A model generated the notes under the pieces. That model saw nothing but the letters and a program-made list of their open reading frames with translations. It was not told the origin of the DNA and did not search any database. Below are positions 49,719 through 63,192 of a stretch of DNA of 64,000 nucleotides, piece after piece. Source of the stretch: Octopus bimaculoides (Eukaryota); the NCBI RefSeq assembly GCF_001194135.2, contig NC_068984.1:20290862-20354861 (forward strand), in the 5' to 3' direction. Numbering within the stretch: position 1 is the stretch's first letter; each line of letters starts with the position of its first letter. Made by a program: the position numbers and the translations under genes.

Positions 49719-52369
49719 ACAGCAATGCAATTTCATGACTTTGTATGGAGTTTAAGATGTTTGTAATAACATTACCACAAGAATCAGAAATGAAATCAAA
49801 AGTGTGAGCTTGAAGCAGCCATTTTTGCATGTGTCATTCACAAAGGTTTTTAAACAGAAGAACATAAGGATAAGCATTTTCTTCATTACATATTTCCAAA
49901 AATATTCAGACAGTAGATATCAAAAAAAAACAACAAAAAAAACCAGGCTCAGTTTACCAGATGATGATCAGAAATTAGTAACTCTGACTACTGGAAATTG
50001 GAGCCTTTCAGTTATAATGTATTATATAAATTAATGGAGCTGTAACACTGAACAGCTTCAATATGAATATATCTTTGTAGCCCAAGTCTTGTTCACATTT
50101 CAGAAGCACCTTGTTTTGATATTAAGTATTAGTTTATGAAAATTACCACTCCCATGAGACTATGGGACAAGAAAATACTTCAGCATTTGATCAGTTACTA
50201 ACATTCTATAAAGCTCAAGTTCAATCAACATGCTTCTGCTACTCTCTCTCTCTCTCTCTTTCACACAAACAAGCTGGATGACATTATAAAATGGTAATTT
50301 GGTTGATTGCTAAATAACCATTAGTTCAAACATACTGCTTTGTCTTTCTACCAGCTCTACAATAATCTGTACTCCTTTAACCTAACAAACTGCATACAAG
50401 TTCCAGCTAATCTCACCCAAATAGGTCTATCTCTGTTCTTCTCATCACTCTTTAGATCTCAATCCTTCTCAGAACTACAATCCTCTGGAATTCCTTTCTC
50501 CAAACCATCTTATCACATGCAGATATTTATCTAAAGTTATACAAGCTGAATTATTAGTTTTTCAGTTTCAAAGGGACTACAAACACCATGGGTGATAGTA
50601 TCCCCTCTCTTTGGTTAATTTGAAGAGCAAAAAATAAAACATTCCACTAAGATCCAGTGAGCAGATCAATATAAAAATTTTACACACAAATGTAAAAGGA
50701 AAATACAGTCTATGGTATTAAGAAATAAAACAGTTGAAACTGAAACCATTTTGTATTCCAATGGCTTTAAAATCCCGTTAATTTGTTGATAAGTTGCAAT
50801 GTCAATAATATGTATAGAGGAACTATGCTCAACAGAATCACACTCAATATATATTACATGTTAATAAGGCAGCAAGCTGGCAAAATTGTTAGCACATCAG
50901 GCAAAATGCTTAGGGGTATTTTATCTGTTCCGAGTTCAAATTCACCAAGGTCAGCTTTGTCTTTCATCCATTCAGGGTTAATAAAAAAATAAGTACCAGT
51001 TGAGTACTGGGCTTGAAATAATTGACTTGCCCCTCCCCCGAAATTGCGGGCCTTGTGCCAAAATTTGAAACCAATATATTACATATTACATGTTAATTAT
51101 ATTGACAATCCTGGAAGAATAATGAGTAAAGCTGCCCCAGTTAGACTTGGACTAAGAACAGTCAGATACCAAAGGAGATACAATAATGAATCTAGTCCAG
51201 TGCTTCAGCTCTTCATTAGCCACATCACCACAACTTCAATGCAATATTAACGGAAAAGATGGCAGTATTTATCACAACGTCTGCAATCCCTACCAGACTG
51301 GTGAAATCAATGCAGTTGCAAAAACAAACAAACAAACAAACAAAAACAGAATGTTCCAGAAGGGCTGTAATTCTGAATAGGAAATCTTAAGCAAAATGTA
51401 TTGTGCAACCAACTTGCTCTCTCTTCCTTACTCTCAGAAAAACAACCAATAAGAGCCTACAATGTCACAATTTTTGCTCCTCATGGCAGATGAAGTTACT
51501 GAACTCTTCCACAAATTTTGCTATGGAGTAATTGTTATTAATACAAACTATCACCAGTTCCTCAAATTCTAAATTTCACACTGCTTTGTATAAAGTGAGA
51601 CACAATAGAAATAATGAATGGAGGATAGATTAGGACATTGAGTGGATTTTAGGAGAGATTTATCTGTTCAGAAGAGCAGAAGTATTATAAAAATGATAGG
51701 AGGAAAACATTGTCTTTCTCTTTATGTATGTATGCTTGAGCAAAACGAAACAGCATATAACAGTCAATGAGAGAAAGGGGTAGCATGGCTGTGTGGTTGA
51801 CAAGTTTACTCTGCAACCATGACTTCGTTGATAAAATAACACAAATGTGTAGCATTTTCAATAGATGCAGTTTTCCAGCTGTCCACACACACACACAATC
51901 ATTTTATGTCCACTTTTATATATATACATACACACACATACATTTTAAGGCCATTTTTCATTACAATAAGAGTTAGCCTTGCAGGCTCCATGAGATTCTT
52001 TCTCATTTTACCCCTGTACTCTACATTCCCCCATAATCAACACCCTTGCATTCATTTCCTCCTCTATCATTTTTAGCCATATATTTCTGTCTTCCCCACA
52101 TTCATTTCCATCTCTTCTATCACCCAGTCACCTTCATCCTTCCTCAGCCAACTCATCCCATTTCTCTTCACCTTATCCATCATGGACTCTATTTCCATAA
52201 TTATCTGTAATTCATTTTCTGTTTTCTTCTCTCACCAAATCATTCCCATTTCCATTCTTCCCAGCCTTATTTGTTGCTTATTCATTTCCTACATCTCACT
52301 CATGTACATGCTGTGTACAGCTTAACCTTCAGTTTCAGTGAGGTTTCTCCTCATTAGTATGCAACATGT

Positions 52370-52620
52370 CACTTAAGAAAATATTCTTACACTTTCCATC
52401 TTCACATTATTTCCAAGTTCCAACTCGACAGTTTCTCCATATGCAACTCCCTCCATACACACTTTATCAGCTAATAACCATTGCACCATTACATTACCCA
52501 TGAACCCATGTAAATTTTTTATATATATAGTAATCTGATGCATATGCAAAATATACATCTATTCAACATCATCATTTAACGTCCATGTTCCATGCTGGCA
52601 TGGGTTGGATGGTTTGACAA
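52370..52620 (-). mobile_element. RTE-like LINE fragment plus tail fragment
   Basis: ETVELELGNNVKMESV resembles the RTE region before KFCYLG; adjacent catcatttaacgtcc tail. Confidence 0.4.
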
Positions 52621-54997
52621 GACACAATGAGCCCAAGGACCAAATAACCAAGAAAAAAATGTCATCCACAGAACAAGTATTACTTCTTGTGAAGACTGAA
52701 GCCAGTACATAATATACTTTACATGACTGAAGTGGCACAATTGGAGAGGGTACACATTTTGCTTGAATTATTTTGACAATACGCAAGTATTGTCTTACAG
52801 TTGCAGCACAACTAAGCCCTAAACATTTTCACAAATATGTTAAAACAGCACTGCAGCATGATCAGTGTGAGTACAACTGACAAAGTGCACTTTGTGGTTT
52901 TCAACTAGACAGATGACAAACGACATCATGAGGAAAGGAAAGCCAAAACACAAAATTCTGAATGGTGAAAAGGATGAAGGTGCAGATTGGATTTATTGAG
53001 GCACTTGTGGTCTCAGTCTAAAAACCAAACAACACCCAGACTTCATGGAGTGGTCATATTTGAAAAAAAGGGGTGTCCTTTTGCCAAGTTGAGTGTGTCA
53101 CAAGAAGGCAATATGGACTGGACTTACAAAAGTAAGCATTTCTAGTATTATCATCATCATTATCTTCATCTCATCATCAACATCAATTAGCATCTGTTTT
53201 CCATGCTGGCATAGGTTAGATGGTTTTCCTGGTAAGCCAGAGAACTGTACCAGGCTCCAATCTGATATGGTTTGATTTCCACAGCTGGATGCCCTTCCTA
53301 ATGCCAACCATTCCAAAAGTGTAGTGGGTGCTTTTGATGTGCCACTGGCATCGACTATGATTTCACTTGGTTCTCAAGCACAGAAAATCACCAAAGGTCA
53401 CAATCATTCGTCATCACTTCTGTGAGACCCAACATCTGAAGATGATAATGTATATGATGTGCAAGAATAATGGTGCACAGTATTTCCAGTAGACTGTTAT
53501 GGATTTGGAGTTAGATCCACAATGTTCCACCTCACTGGCATTGGATTGAGAAAGGATAATAAAACAGTGATTGATTAGTTGTAGAGAGAAGCAGAGAATG
53601 TCTCATCATAGAAGGAGCATGTACCTGAAAGATCATCCACAGCCAGTGACAGAATGAAATACACACTACATGACTAGGGTGGTAGCAGATTTCCCTTAGT
53701 TTACTGTGGTAACTTCATATATGTCAGAAAAAGTAAAAACATGCTCTGATGTGGGCCCAATGGATCCATACATTCCATGATACCATCAATGCAACTTGAT
53801 ATTGCTGGAAGGAGTAATACAGTCGGAAAAGTGCTAAAATCATTGTTATATATATATACACACACACACACAAGCATATATATAGCCACAAAAACATATA
53901 CATATATATAGAGAGAAGAGATAGAAGACGTGCATGTAAGACTTTCTTGAACCAGTATGCAGGTATATGTGCACATAAGGTTGACAGTTTGAATTGTAGC
54001 AGGTTATTTAGTTTGGAGATAAAAATAAAAATAGCAAATAGGTAGATTCTGGGGTGGTGCAACTGTGGGATAGGATTTGTGGAAGGTATTCAGTAAAGAC
54101 TCTGGATGATGATTAGAAGGGAAGTAGTTAAATTAAATCATTCAAGATGGGAATGAAAAATTCAAAAAAAGAGAGGGTACAAGAGGTAGAGTGAACACAG
54201 CTTGAGTGTGGGTCATGATGTGTGAAAAGCAATGTTGAGTAAAGGCTCGCACTCTAGGATGTGTTTATCTGTGCATCGTGGTTGTTTCATCCTACAATTC
54301 TGATTGTGTGACATGCAGGACATTTCTCAAGGCATTAAGGATGTGAAGTGAAACAACTTCAACCACAAGCACATATGTTAAGGATATATTAACTGCTAAG
54401 ACATTAATGTAAATGATATTAGGACATTATAAACCCTACTTTTATATCAGTGGATCTGTGCTTTTTTTCTTTTTCAAATTCATGTTTTTAATATTTAATA
54501 TCATTTACAGTTGCTAAGGCTTTACATGTTAGTGCAAATCCATCTTTAACATGTTAGTGTAAATCCATCTTAAAAAGAAATATAACCTATGTCATAAATA
54601 AAATGGACCAATGTTTTCTTTTGATATACTAAAGAGCTTGTAATAATTTTGTCTTATCCTTGTCTTCATTCTCCTTTTAATGAGAATTCAAGTGAGGTGA
54701 ACCAAGCTTTTACAAACCTTAAGAAACCAAATCAAATGATGTTTCTCTCTCACACACATTTTTCTTCTTCATTTTAAAAATGAAACACAACACTAATAAT
54801 GGTATTGGTGACATACAACAAGTGATATTGTTTCAACATAGAATCGAAACAAGTACACAAGATTGACTCCTTGAAAGTTAACCTCTATTGTATATTCCCA
54901 CCCACTAACTAAAAACAATAATAATCACTTCAAAATCAACAAAACTTTTATATAATAAACCTTTTTTTCTGATTTCTTCTTTTTCTTTAGTAACTTA

Positions 54998-56368
54998 TCA
55001 CAGAAAAAAATCGACATCGTGGAAATCATCATCGATATCAACTCCTTCAAAAAGCCGGTTAAAACATGGACTGGCACTCGAACTGAAATGTATGTAAGGC
55101 GAATTCCTCGGTAAAGTTTCCATGCATAACCAACAAAAGAATGCATTGCATTTGGAGCAAGCCATCTTGTTGCAACCATCTATTTTCTGGATGTAAGTGT
55201 TACAATGAGGACATTGCTTGCTGTGTTGCTCAAGCCATTCTTGTGAGAAAGACTCATCAACAATATCCTGTAAGTGTTTTTTGCCAAAGCGTTTTTCCAA
55301 AATATGCTTGGTTTCAGCATCAGCACCCAAATATTCATCTTTCAACTTTTGTCGATCCTCAGATTTCATTTTACAGTTAGATAAACCATGGTATGTTAGC
55401 CTACAGAGACTACAAAATACCAGGTTGCAACTGGGGCAATTGCCTATATTACAACCACGGTCTAAAATGACAGGTTGACCGCAAGCTGGACGAGGGCAGT
55501 ATACTAAATCTGTCATTGTCTGAAGACCTAACTGTAAGAGTAGGTAGTCATATCTGGAGAAGACATCGGGGTCCACAAGTGACTTAACTTGAGATGGATG
55601 AATTTTAGATTCACATTTGTCCGTTGGGCATTGTAATCCGTTAATATTTCCGTCTTTTATATTGATAGTAAAATATTCTTTCATACAGTCTTTACAGAAA
55701 ACATGTTCGCAGCTATCAAGCTTAATACACTTTGAACCTAGTTTATCACAGAAGCAAATGTTGCAAGTAAACAAAGTTTTTGAAAATTGTCTCTGATTTT
55801 CCTGGTTGTTGTAATCAAGAATAGTTGGTAACAATAAATCCTGAGAAGCTATATCTTGTATTCCGCGGGGATCGAACTGACCATCTGTATCTTCGTTATG
55901 TTTAGTACCAACCGAATTGCTTACCACGCTTGATAGATCTAAAGGAACTTTTAATCCGAGCAAATCGAACGTTTCATTTTCAAGAACGTCAAACCAAAGA
56001 AATAACACTACCATGCCATTATTTTCCTGATAAACTTGGTCAAGCCGCTTACATAATATATCGAGTTGGCTCTTAGAAAGCCACTTGCAGGAAAGTGTGA
56101 AAATAGGTGCATGGTGCGAAGGATAGCCTGTAGGAAGTTGAAAGTTGAGAACAAGAGGTGGCAAGTGTTTGATATGATTGAGTTTTTCTGTTATATTAGC
56201 CGATGCTGAATCGCTATCGCTGCTTTGTATTTTGACACTGAACGGTTGAGGTAACTTCAATTTGGCAACAAACTGACCACCGTAGTCATCAAGTGAAGGT
56301 AGAAATATATCCTCTTCATAGATGCTGCTTATAGCAACTAGTTCTTCAGCTCGTTCATCGTTGTCCAT
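54998..56368 (-). CDS. RNF14: E3 ubiquitin-protein ligase RNF14 (RWD + RING1-IBR-RING2), single coding exon
   Basis: Uninterrupted ORF: N-terminal RWD (EELVAISSIY...LPTGYPSHHAP...CKWL), RING1 CNIC...CEHVFCKDC...CPTDKC, IBR CPRPAC...CPSC...FCSLC...YH, RING2 CPHC...IDGCNKMAC...CWLC with the catalytic Cys. The start is probably the second Met (MDNDERAEE, 56368); the ORF opens at 56380. Confidence 0.93.
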   Translation of the reverse strand: MDNDERAEELVAISSIYEEDIFLPSLDDYGGQFVAKLKLPQPFSVKIQSSDSDSASANITEKLNHIKHLPPLVLNFQLPTGYPSHHAPIFTLSCKWLSKSQLDILCKRLDQVYQENNGMVVLFLWFDVLENETFDLLGLKVPLDLSSVVSNSVGTKHNEDTDGQFDPRGIQDIASQDLLLPTILDYNNQENQRQFSKTLFTCNICFCDKLGSKCIKLDSCEHVFCKDCMKEYFTINIKDGNINGLQCPTDKCESKIHPSQVKSLVDPDVFSRYDYLLLQLGLQTMTDLVYCPRPACGQPVILDRGCNIGNCPSCNLVFCSLCRLTYHGLSNCKMKSEDRQKLKDEYLGADAETKHILEKRFGKKHLQDIVDESFSQEWLEQHSKQCPHCNTYIQKIDGCNKMACSKCNAFFCWLCMETLPRNSPYIHFSSSASPCFNRLFEGVDIDDDFHDVDFFL

Positions 56369-57317
56369 TTCGAAATGCATGGAAAATCAAACAAAAAATA
56401 TCTAGCATTCGAAAAGTATGTTTATTTATTGAGCTGTCTTATTTTTTGCTTGTTTATTTTTCTTTCATTATGTTCTTACATATACATACAAATGATGGTA
56501 CTCACGAAAACAAGTTCACAAGTGAAGAACACAGTATATTTTATAAAGAATTCAAAGTAGCTTCTGCCAATAAACCACGTTGCTGAACACAACTAACAGA
56601 GACACTCCCCCTGCAGTGGTAGTTTCGTCAAAATCAAAAAGTTATTAACTTTTTTTTATATTAAATTATCATCACAATCATTATTATTATTTCTCTGTCA
56701 TAATCAACTATTTACCGAATATTTTATAGACATAGACTATCTAATTTGTAGTTTACGATTTCCAAGTTGTCTTTGTTATTGTTTTGTTTAAGCAGCTGAT
56801 AAGTTAAGGAAATGTTTTTGATCAAAGTCAGCTGGGTGCCATCATTCATAAAGCTTATTAAAGCTACAATAGAAAATTACGTTTTTAAGTTAAACTGGAT
56901 AAACTAAACAACTTTCTATTTAGTTAGTTTGATGTCAGAGTGAGAGGGAGAGATAGCAATTCTCATATTTAGCTTTTCGTGAAGCAAGCAAAGCAGCCGG
57001 ATGTAATTGGTTCAGAGAAAAAGAGAAAGCGGAACTTGTATTGTTTATCTTTCTTAAGAACATTATCGATGTAACAATAACCATTCCTATTAAGGATTGA
57101 AACCTTATTCGTTTTTTTCTGTATGATAAGATTTACATAAATGATTTTTTTAAAATAGAGTTTTAAGATTTCAAATTTATTGTAGGTGTAGAAATAAGAA
57201 AAGAAGGCGTTCATGACATTCTCGAAAGTATAAAGGACATGTATAACCGGCGTAGTTCAAACAGGAATCGAATCTAGCTCAGGAATAGCCTTCTCATAAC
57301 GGCAACGTATCTATCTC

Positions 57318-57354
<37 letters not shown>

Positions 57355-57589
57355 TACACACACTCATTATTGTACTTTAGTATTGAGTGCTTTGTTCAAT
57401 ATGCATAAAAAGTGTTGGTGGAAATTCTATACAATGTATCCCATGTAAACTATGGATGTACAAGAGGTGTAGTAGATCATAGACAAGCTTTTTGAATGTG
57501 GTTGGGTGCTTTGTAATCAAGAACAGGAAAAAGCGGAAGACCTTTAACAGGGACCTATCAACTCTGGCCATGAGAAATAAAAATTCTCA

Positions 57590-58220
57590 GAGTTCAGGCA
57601 TTATCGGATGGCTGAGTTCATCCAAGAGAACTGGGACATCACCAGTGAAATGTTAGCAAGTCAATGAGAGCCATTGCCAAGCACTACTAGGTGGCAGAGT
57701 CCAATACCAGACTTGTGGTGTAACAGGACATCAGGTACAATTCCTACGTGCAGCGGTGAGGGCAGTGACCTAGTCAAAGTGCTTACTGTTCAAACCCAAA
57801 CACTAATATATACATCATGCTGAGTTTCTTCTCCAGTGAAAAGAACTTCAACAGAACTAGGAGCTGAATAGGAGGGACAAGAAGTTCTGCATGGACTCGC
57901 TGGAGATCATACTAAGTTCCTGTTATCTCTGATTGAAGAGCTGGTCAGGGAAGTCTATGTATTTCAATAGAAGTCAACTTCCTTCCATATGACCCTCACA
58001 ACACAGGAGTGGCTGGTCGAGAATTTTCATGACCATATAAATCCCAACATGTGGAATCCTAGGGCTTCAATCAGACAATCTGACTGGCAGCCCTTAGAAC
58101 ACCAAAGATTCACTGAAGGATGCCATCATGGCTGTGATTGGTAACATAAATAAGAACCTTCTAGTTCTGGCATCCTGTCTCTTCTGTGGCTGCATCAAAA
58201 CCATAACTGATGATATAAAC
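57590..58220 (+). mobile_element. Internally deleted Tc1/mariner relic (DD37D-like)
   Basis: KSMRAIAKHY*VAESNTRLVV*QDIRYNSYV, EVYVFQ...TQEWLVENFHDHINPNMW, DAIMAVIGNINKNLLVLAS. Confidence 0.7.
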
Positions 58221-60205
58221 AATTTTATTAAAAACTTGTACTTTATTATTGAGTTCTTTTACTTGTTTGTAAATTCAAGTATATGCATATGTGCACATAC
58301 ATACAATATAAAGTTGACTGTGATTTACTCTTTTTTGACAAAAGGTTGGACAATTACAATACTGATGATGGCTATTGAACCAGAAACACATGTCTACAAC
58401 TGTTTTTATGTCTCCAGACAACAAGCTTGATCTTTTTCTTAATGGCATGTCAACTGCAGAGAATTCATGAATCTTGAGATTATTTTCTTTCTCAGGAGAT
58501 AATTTACATAAATCAAGAATTAATATTGCATTGTATATAGTATTTGATATACTTGTGTTTGTGTGTTTTATATATATATTAACTGAAGTGTACAGTATTA
58601 TATATCCATTATGGCTGATCTTACCAATCAGTTTCATGCTAGAGATTCAATGGGGTGTTAGGTAACAATCCAATTATGTAACCCAGCACTCATCAGGGGT
58701 AACCATTACAGAATAAAATATGGCAACTGCTCTCTATTGTTGGAGGTGAATAAACACATCCGGTTTGTGGATAGACATATATATTTATATGTGGATCAAA
58801 ACAGTCTGATTCAAATTCATTGGTACTTTAAGTTTCAAAGTGTAATGCTAATCCCCAGCCATTGGAATATATATATATATATATATATATANNNNNNNNN
58901 NNNNNNNNNNNNNNNNNNNNNNNNNNNNNNNNNNNNNNNNNNNNNNNNNNNNNNNNNNNNNNNNNNNNNNNNNNNNNNNNNNNNNNNNNNNNNNNNNNNN
59001 NNNNNNNNNNNNAGAGAGAGAGAGAGAGAGATCAAAACAGTTTGATTCTTAAATTTCGCACCACTCTTGTTCAATAAACACTGGAGTTAAATTTGCAAAG
59101 CTGTTTATTTCCTCCTTTCGATTTTTTATGTTTATTTCAGCGGATTACCAAACTGTCAGTTTGGTCTCCTAGCTAACGGTATATACATATATACGACGGG
59201 CTTCTTTCAGTTTCCCGTCTACCAAATCCACTCACAAGACTTTGGTCGGCTCAAGGCTATAGTAGAAGACATTTGCCCAAGGTGTCACGCAGTGGGACTG
59301 AACCCAGAGCTATGTGGTTGGTAAGCAAGCTACTTACCACCCAGCTACTCCTACGCCTATAGTTAACCACTTATACAGAAAAAGTAAGCATTATACCGCC
59401 CAGCATAAATAAAAGTTAACTTCATTATAGTTTTTCTGTAAAGACCTATTCTGACATTAAATAAGTCAACTTCCCAACTGTATAGTCCTTTGTTCGGTCC
59501 CACTGCGTGACACCTTGGGCAAATGTCTTCTACTATATCATTGGGTTGACTAAAGCCGTAAGAGTGGATTTAATAGACGGAAACTGAAAGAAGCCCATCG
59601 ATATGTGTGTGGTCTTGTGTTTGTCCCCAGCTACCGAACTTAGCAAGGTACCACGCAGTGTGACTGAACTTAGGACCATGTGATTAGGTGCAAACTTCTC
59701 ACCACACAGCCACGTTTATGTATTTGTTTTGCAAAGTTCCTGATGTGGAACAGTGTGTTGAAACAGATATTGTTATATTTCAGGATGGTCATTTTCTTTC
59801 TTTTTTTTTTTTCTTACCAAATAAACACATGCACTGTATATATTCGTTCAACACTTCAACTTCATTATTCTTATTTTATTGTCATTTGTCTGAAATCTTC
59901 CCTCACACATCCTGTTAACTCTCCAACGACACTCTGTCCCATGTATCACCTCCTGTTTTTGTTCAGTCCTTTAGAAAAAATGTAAACTAATTTGTTAAGT
60001 TCGAAAACTGGTCTAGAAATAAGAGAGCAGAAAAAAAAAAAAAAACTCATGATCACGTGGCACGAGTCATTCGAATAAATTGGCGTCTCGCTAAGTAGCT
60101 TGTTTACTCCAATCTATCCTTATTAATTCGTCCTGTTTTCTACATCGGTTTATTTTTCATATATATATACACGCATACAGATTCATTTTATTATATGAAT
60201 TAATA

Positions 60206-60272
60206 ATGAGTGGCCACCATCGTGGAAATTTCTCTGTTACGACTGGAAGAGACGGGTCCCGTTCAGTTTATG
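60206..60272 (+). CDS. Candidate first coding exon of an unidentified gene (MSGHHRGNFSVTTGRDGSRSVY, phase 1)
   Basis: ATG, 22 codons and a GTACGT donor in a CpG-retaining region, about 150 bp after a CACGTG E-box. No downstream exon found and no homology recognised. Confidence 0.3.
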
Positions 60273-63192
60273 GTACGTAGTCACTAAAAATTTTATCTTC
60301 CCATTATGTATTTTTAACCTCACAACTAATTTTCTTCAATTATTTTATTACTAGTCTTCTATTAACATTTTTATTTATTAGTGATAGTCCTTGATATCCA
60401 TAAAACCGAGCCTTCTTATTTTTAATTCAGATGTTTGATCAATTCTACTTATATTCATAAGGAAACATTAATGGCGTTTTCTTTCTCCCTTCTTACGACT
60501 TGTATTTAATTGTTATTGTTGCTGAACGTTTTTTCTTTCTTTCTACGTTTCTCTTGCGTTTTCACCTTAAAAATAAGTATTACAAAGTAGTAAAATATTC
60601 TTCAAATCTATTAATGATTTATTAATTAACATTTTTCTTAAAATCGTTGAAGAAATCGCCAATGAATGTAATTATAAATTCCAATTATCTTCTTTTATTG
60701 CCTCGAATTACGTTATGGAAATTCGTGTTGTAAATTAATTACTGCTTTTAACCTTTACAATATTGTCAGTTGTTGAACTGTACGTGGTTTTAAAATACGG
60801 ATAGTCCGAATCTACCATTTGTTTCTTTTTTTTTATAATTTCGAAATAATTTTCTAATATTTTTATGGAAAAAAAAAATTGTGTATGTGGTGGTGGTGGT
60901 GGGGGTAATTAAAATTTTGTTTTTTCATAATCCTATCAAATCAATTATACAGAAGACCAGATCGAAAAAATTTTGTAAAAATTCGTAAAAATAAATAAGT
61001 TATGAGGGATTAGGGCCAAAATCTAAAATATTTATGAAATACAATGTTTCTTTTATCGAAACTGCAACCAATGGCTGATAGTAGTGATGTACTTACGTAC
61101 CTATGTACCTACGATATTTGATTTGCTTTTATAACCTAAATATCTTCTGCATAATTATATTTTCATAGTTTTATTTATATCTGTATTTTAACGCAGTTCT
61201 TCATATATACGAATAGTTTTTAATGATGGCGTTAATATTAACACCAACAGTAATCCTATTGTTTAACGGGATATAAGCCTTTCATAAATGTAAATGACCT
61301 CTGATAATAAATACCATGGTTTTCCTAAGCATTCTACTCCACGCTGATCTATTTATTGTTTGTGATGTTTGTTCAACTAACATCGATAACTTCCAAGTTA
61401 TCGATGTTCTCTTACTATGGACACATATGACGTGATGTAAAAATCAATATGTTGTGGCCATTTGTCGACATTATTAGCATTCCTGTAGAATAGAGTCGGA
61501 AATTATCTGGCTCGTCAAAAACCATTATTTCCTCGGATCTGTTTGCTTTAAGCATCGTAGATTAAGGGTCTGATATTTTTTTTGGTGGGGTGGGGGATTT
61601 TTTCTATTGTGTAAAGGGATTATAGCTTTCACGTGTTTTTTGTTTTCCAATTACTTCCATTATCTGGTTGTTTAACAATGAATGATCTCTAATATACAAT
61701 AACAGTCACTTCATGATATATTATTTGCGATTTTAGTTTATAGTTCAAATTATCGATGTTCTTTTGCAATGTTTTGAAAGATACAGGTTGCTATTGGTTA
61801 AGACAATTACAGGTATTCTTGTTGAATAGAGTCGGAAATTATATAGTGTGGCAAAAATCGTAATTTATGGCAGTCTGTTTTAAGCGTCATACATTTACAA
61901 ATCTGAAAAAAAATTTGCGGATTTTCATATCAGGATGCTCACATGTTGGATTTCCTCTATTTTTGACGGTGATTTTTCCAATTTTCTTTTCGAAATGATG
62001 GGGAAAATTTTAATGAAAATTTACGATTTCTACCGCCATATGGTTGTTACCCTACTTTCGTAAATTTTAGTTTCGATTTTATAAAGTTGATGAAGTAATC
62101 AGCTCTAGTCCCCATCCNNNNNNNNNNTGGTCTACGATACTTAAAACATGGTTCTGAAATTATGGTTTGGGGACCATTATATAATTTCCGACTCTATTCT
62201 ATAAGAATGTCTAATTTAATATTCCTACTTATATTGTGGTTCCGATGTACAATTATTTTCACATTGTTGAGAAAAAATTAATTAAGCAAAGATTAAAGAG
62301 CTTATTGTATGTTTAGGGATTATTGAATTTAAGATTACTATGGATTAAGGGTAACATAGAATCATCAAGCGATCTCAATCTGTTAATACATTTATTGTTA
62401 TTTGCTTTTGTTGCTTGAAATTAATACAAATAATTTTGATAATTAAAGCCACACACACACACAAAAAAAATTGCTAAACGCTAATTGACGATCTTCCTTC
62501 CATGTTGGAAGTTCAATAATAATGAAGACCGTGTGTTCAAATTTAGCTATTATCATCTTAAAGGAGCCAGTTTAACGATTAAAAGAAAAAACTGAAATTC
62601 ACTTATTTCTTAAGACGAAATAGTTACATGTTCAGCATTGTATGTCGTCAACCAGGTCGTACGTAGTTGTACGATGAAAATTTTCACTGCTTAAGAAATT
62701 AATGGAAAGTGAGTAAAACATTAGGGATGGTCACATTATCAACACATCCTGAATCAAACATTATCGGCACATTCTGAATCAAACCGCCTATATCTAAACT
62801 ATGGGCAGTTTTTAATTTCTGGGGTCCCATCGACTGGATACTTATCTACTGTTTGGGTCTCTCTTTAATCGGACTAGTTTAATAAATGCTGCCGTTTAAT
62901 TTAGTTCAATCTTTTGTAAATATAATCTGGTTGGCATAGATAGACGACCATTACCCAGCTTCATAACTTAGGGAAAAATGCATTATTTTTAGTGAAATTT
63001 TGTAGAGGCATATTTTCGAGAGTATTAATTACAATCATATTAACAACCAACAAAGTAAAAACTGGATTGAAAACAAATTCGCTTTACTGAGTTATCGACA
63101 ATAAGCGCACGCACACATGCACCCCCCCCCTTCAGGTGTATATAACTAATGGATTTCTACTGCTATTATCGTACCAATATTGGCATTTTTGA

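Larger units (their letters stand above)
15713..62127. other. Assembly gaps (N runs) at 15713-15748, 16679-17253, 23192-23334, 37637-38009, 39177-39388, 48514-49334, 58892-59011 and about 62118-62127
   Basis: Direct reading; most abut microsatellites or young repeats. Confidence 0.95.

Noticed and set aside
5860-53440. Repeated conserved blocks with variable spacing as a CRISPR-like array
   Set aside because: These are dispersed retroposon copies in both orientations in a eukaryotic genome, with no repeat-spacer periodicity and no cas genes.
16613-59077. Long ORFs in the track made mostly of X
   Set aside because: Artefacts of translating through N gaps.
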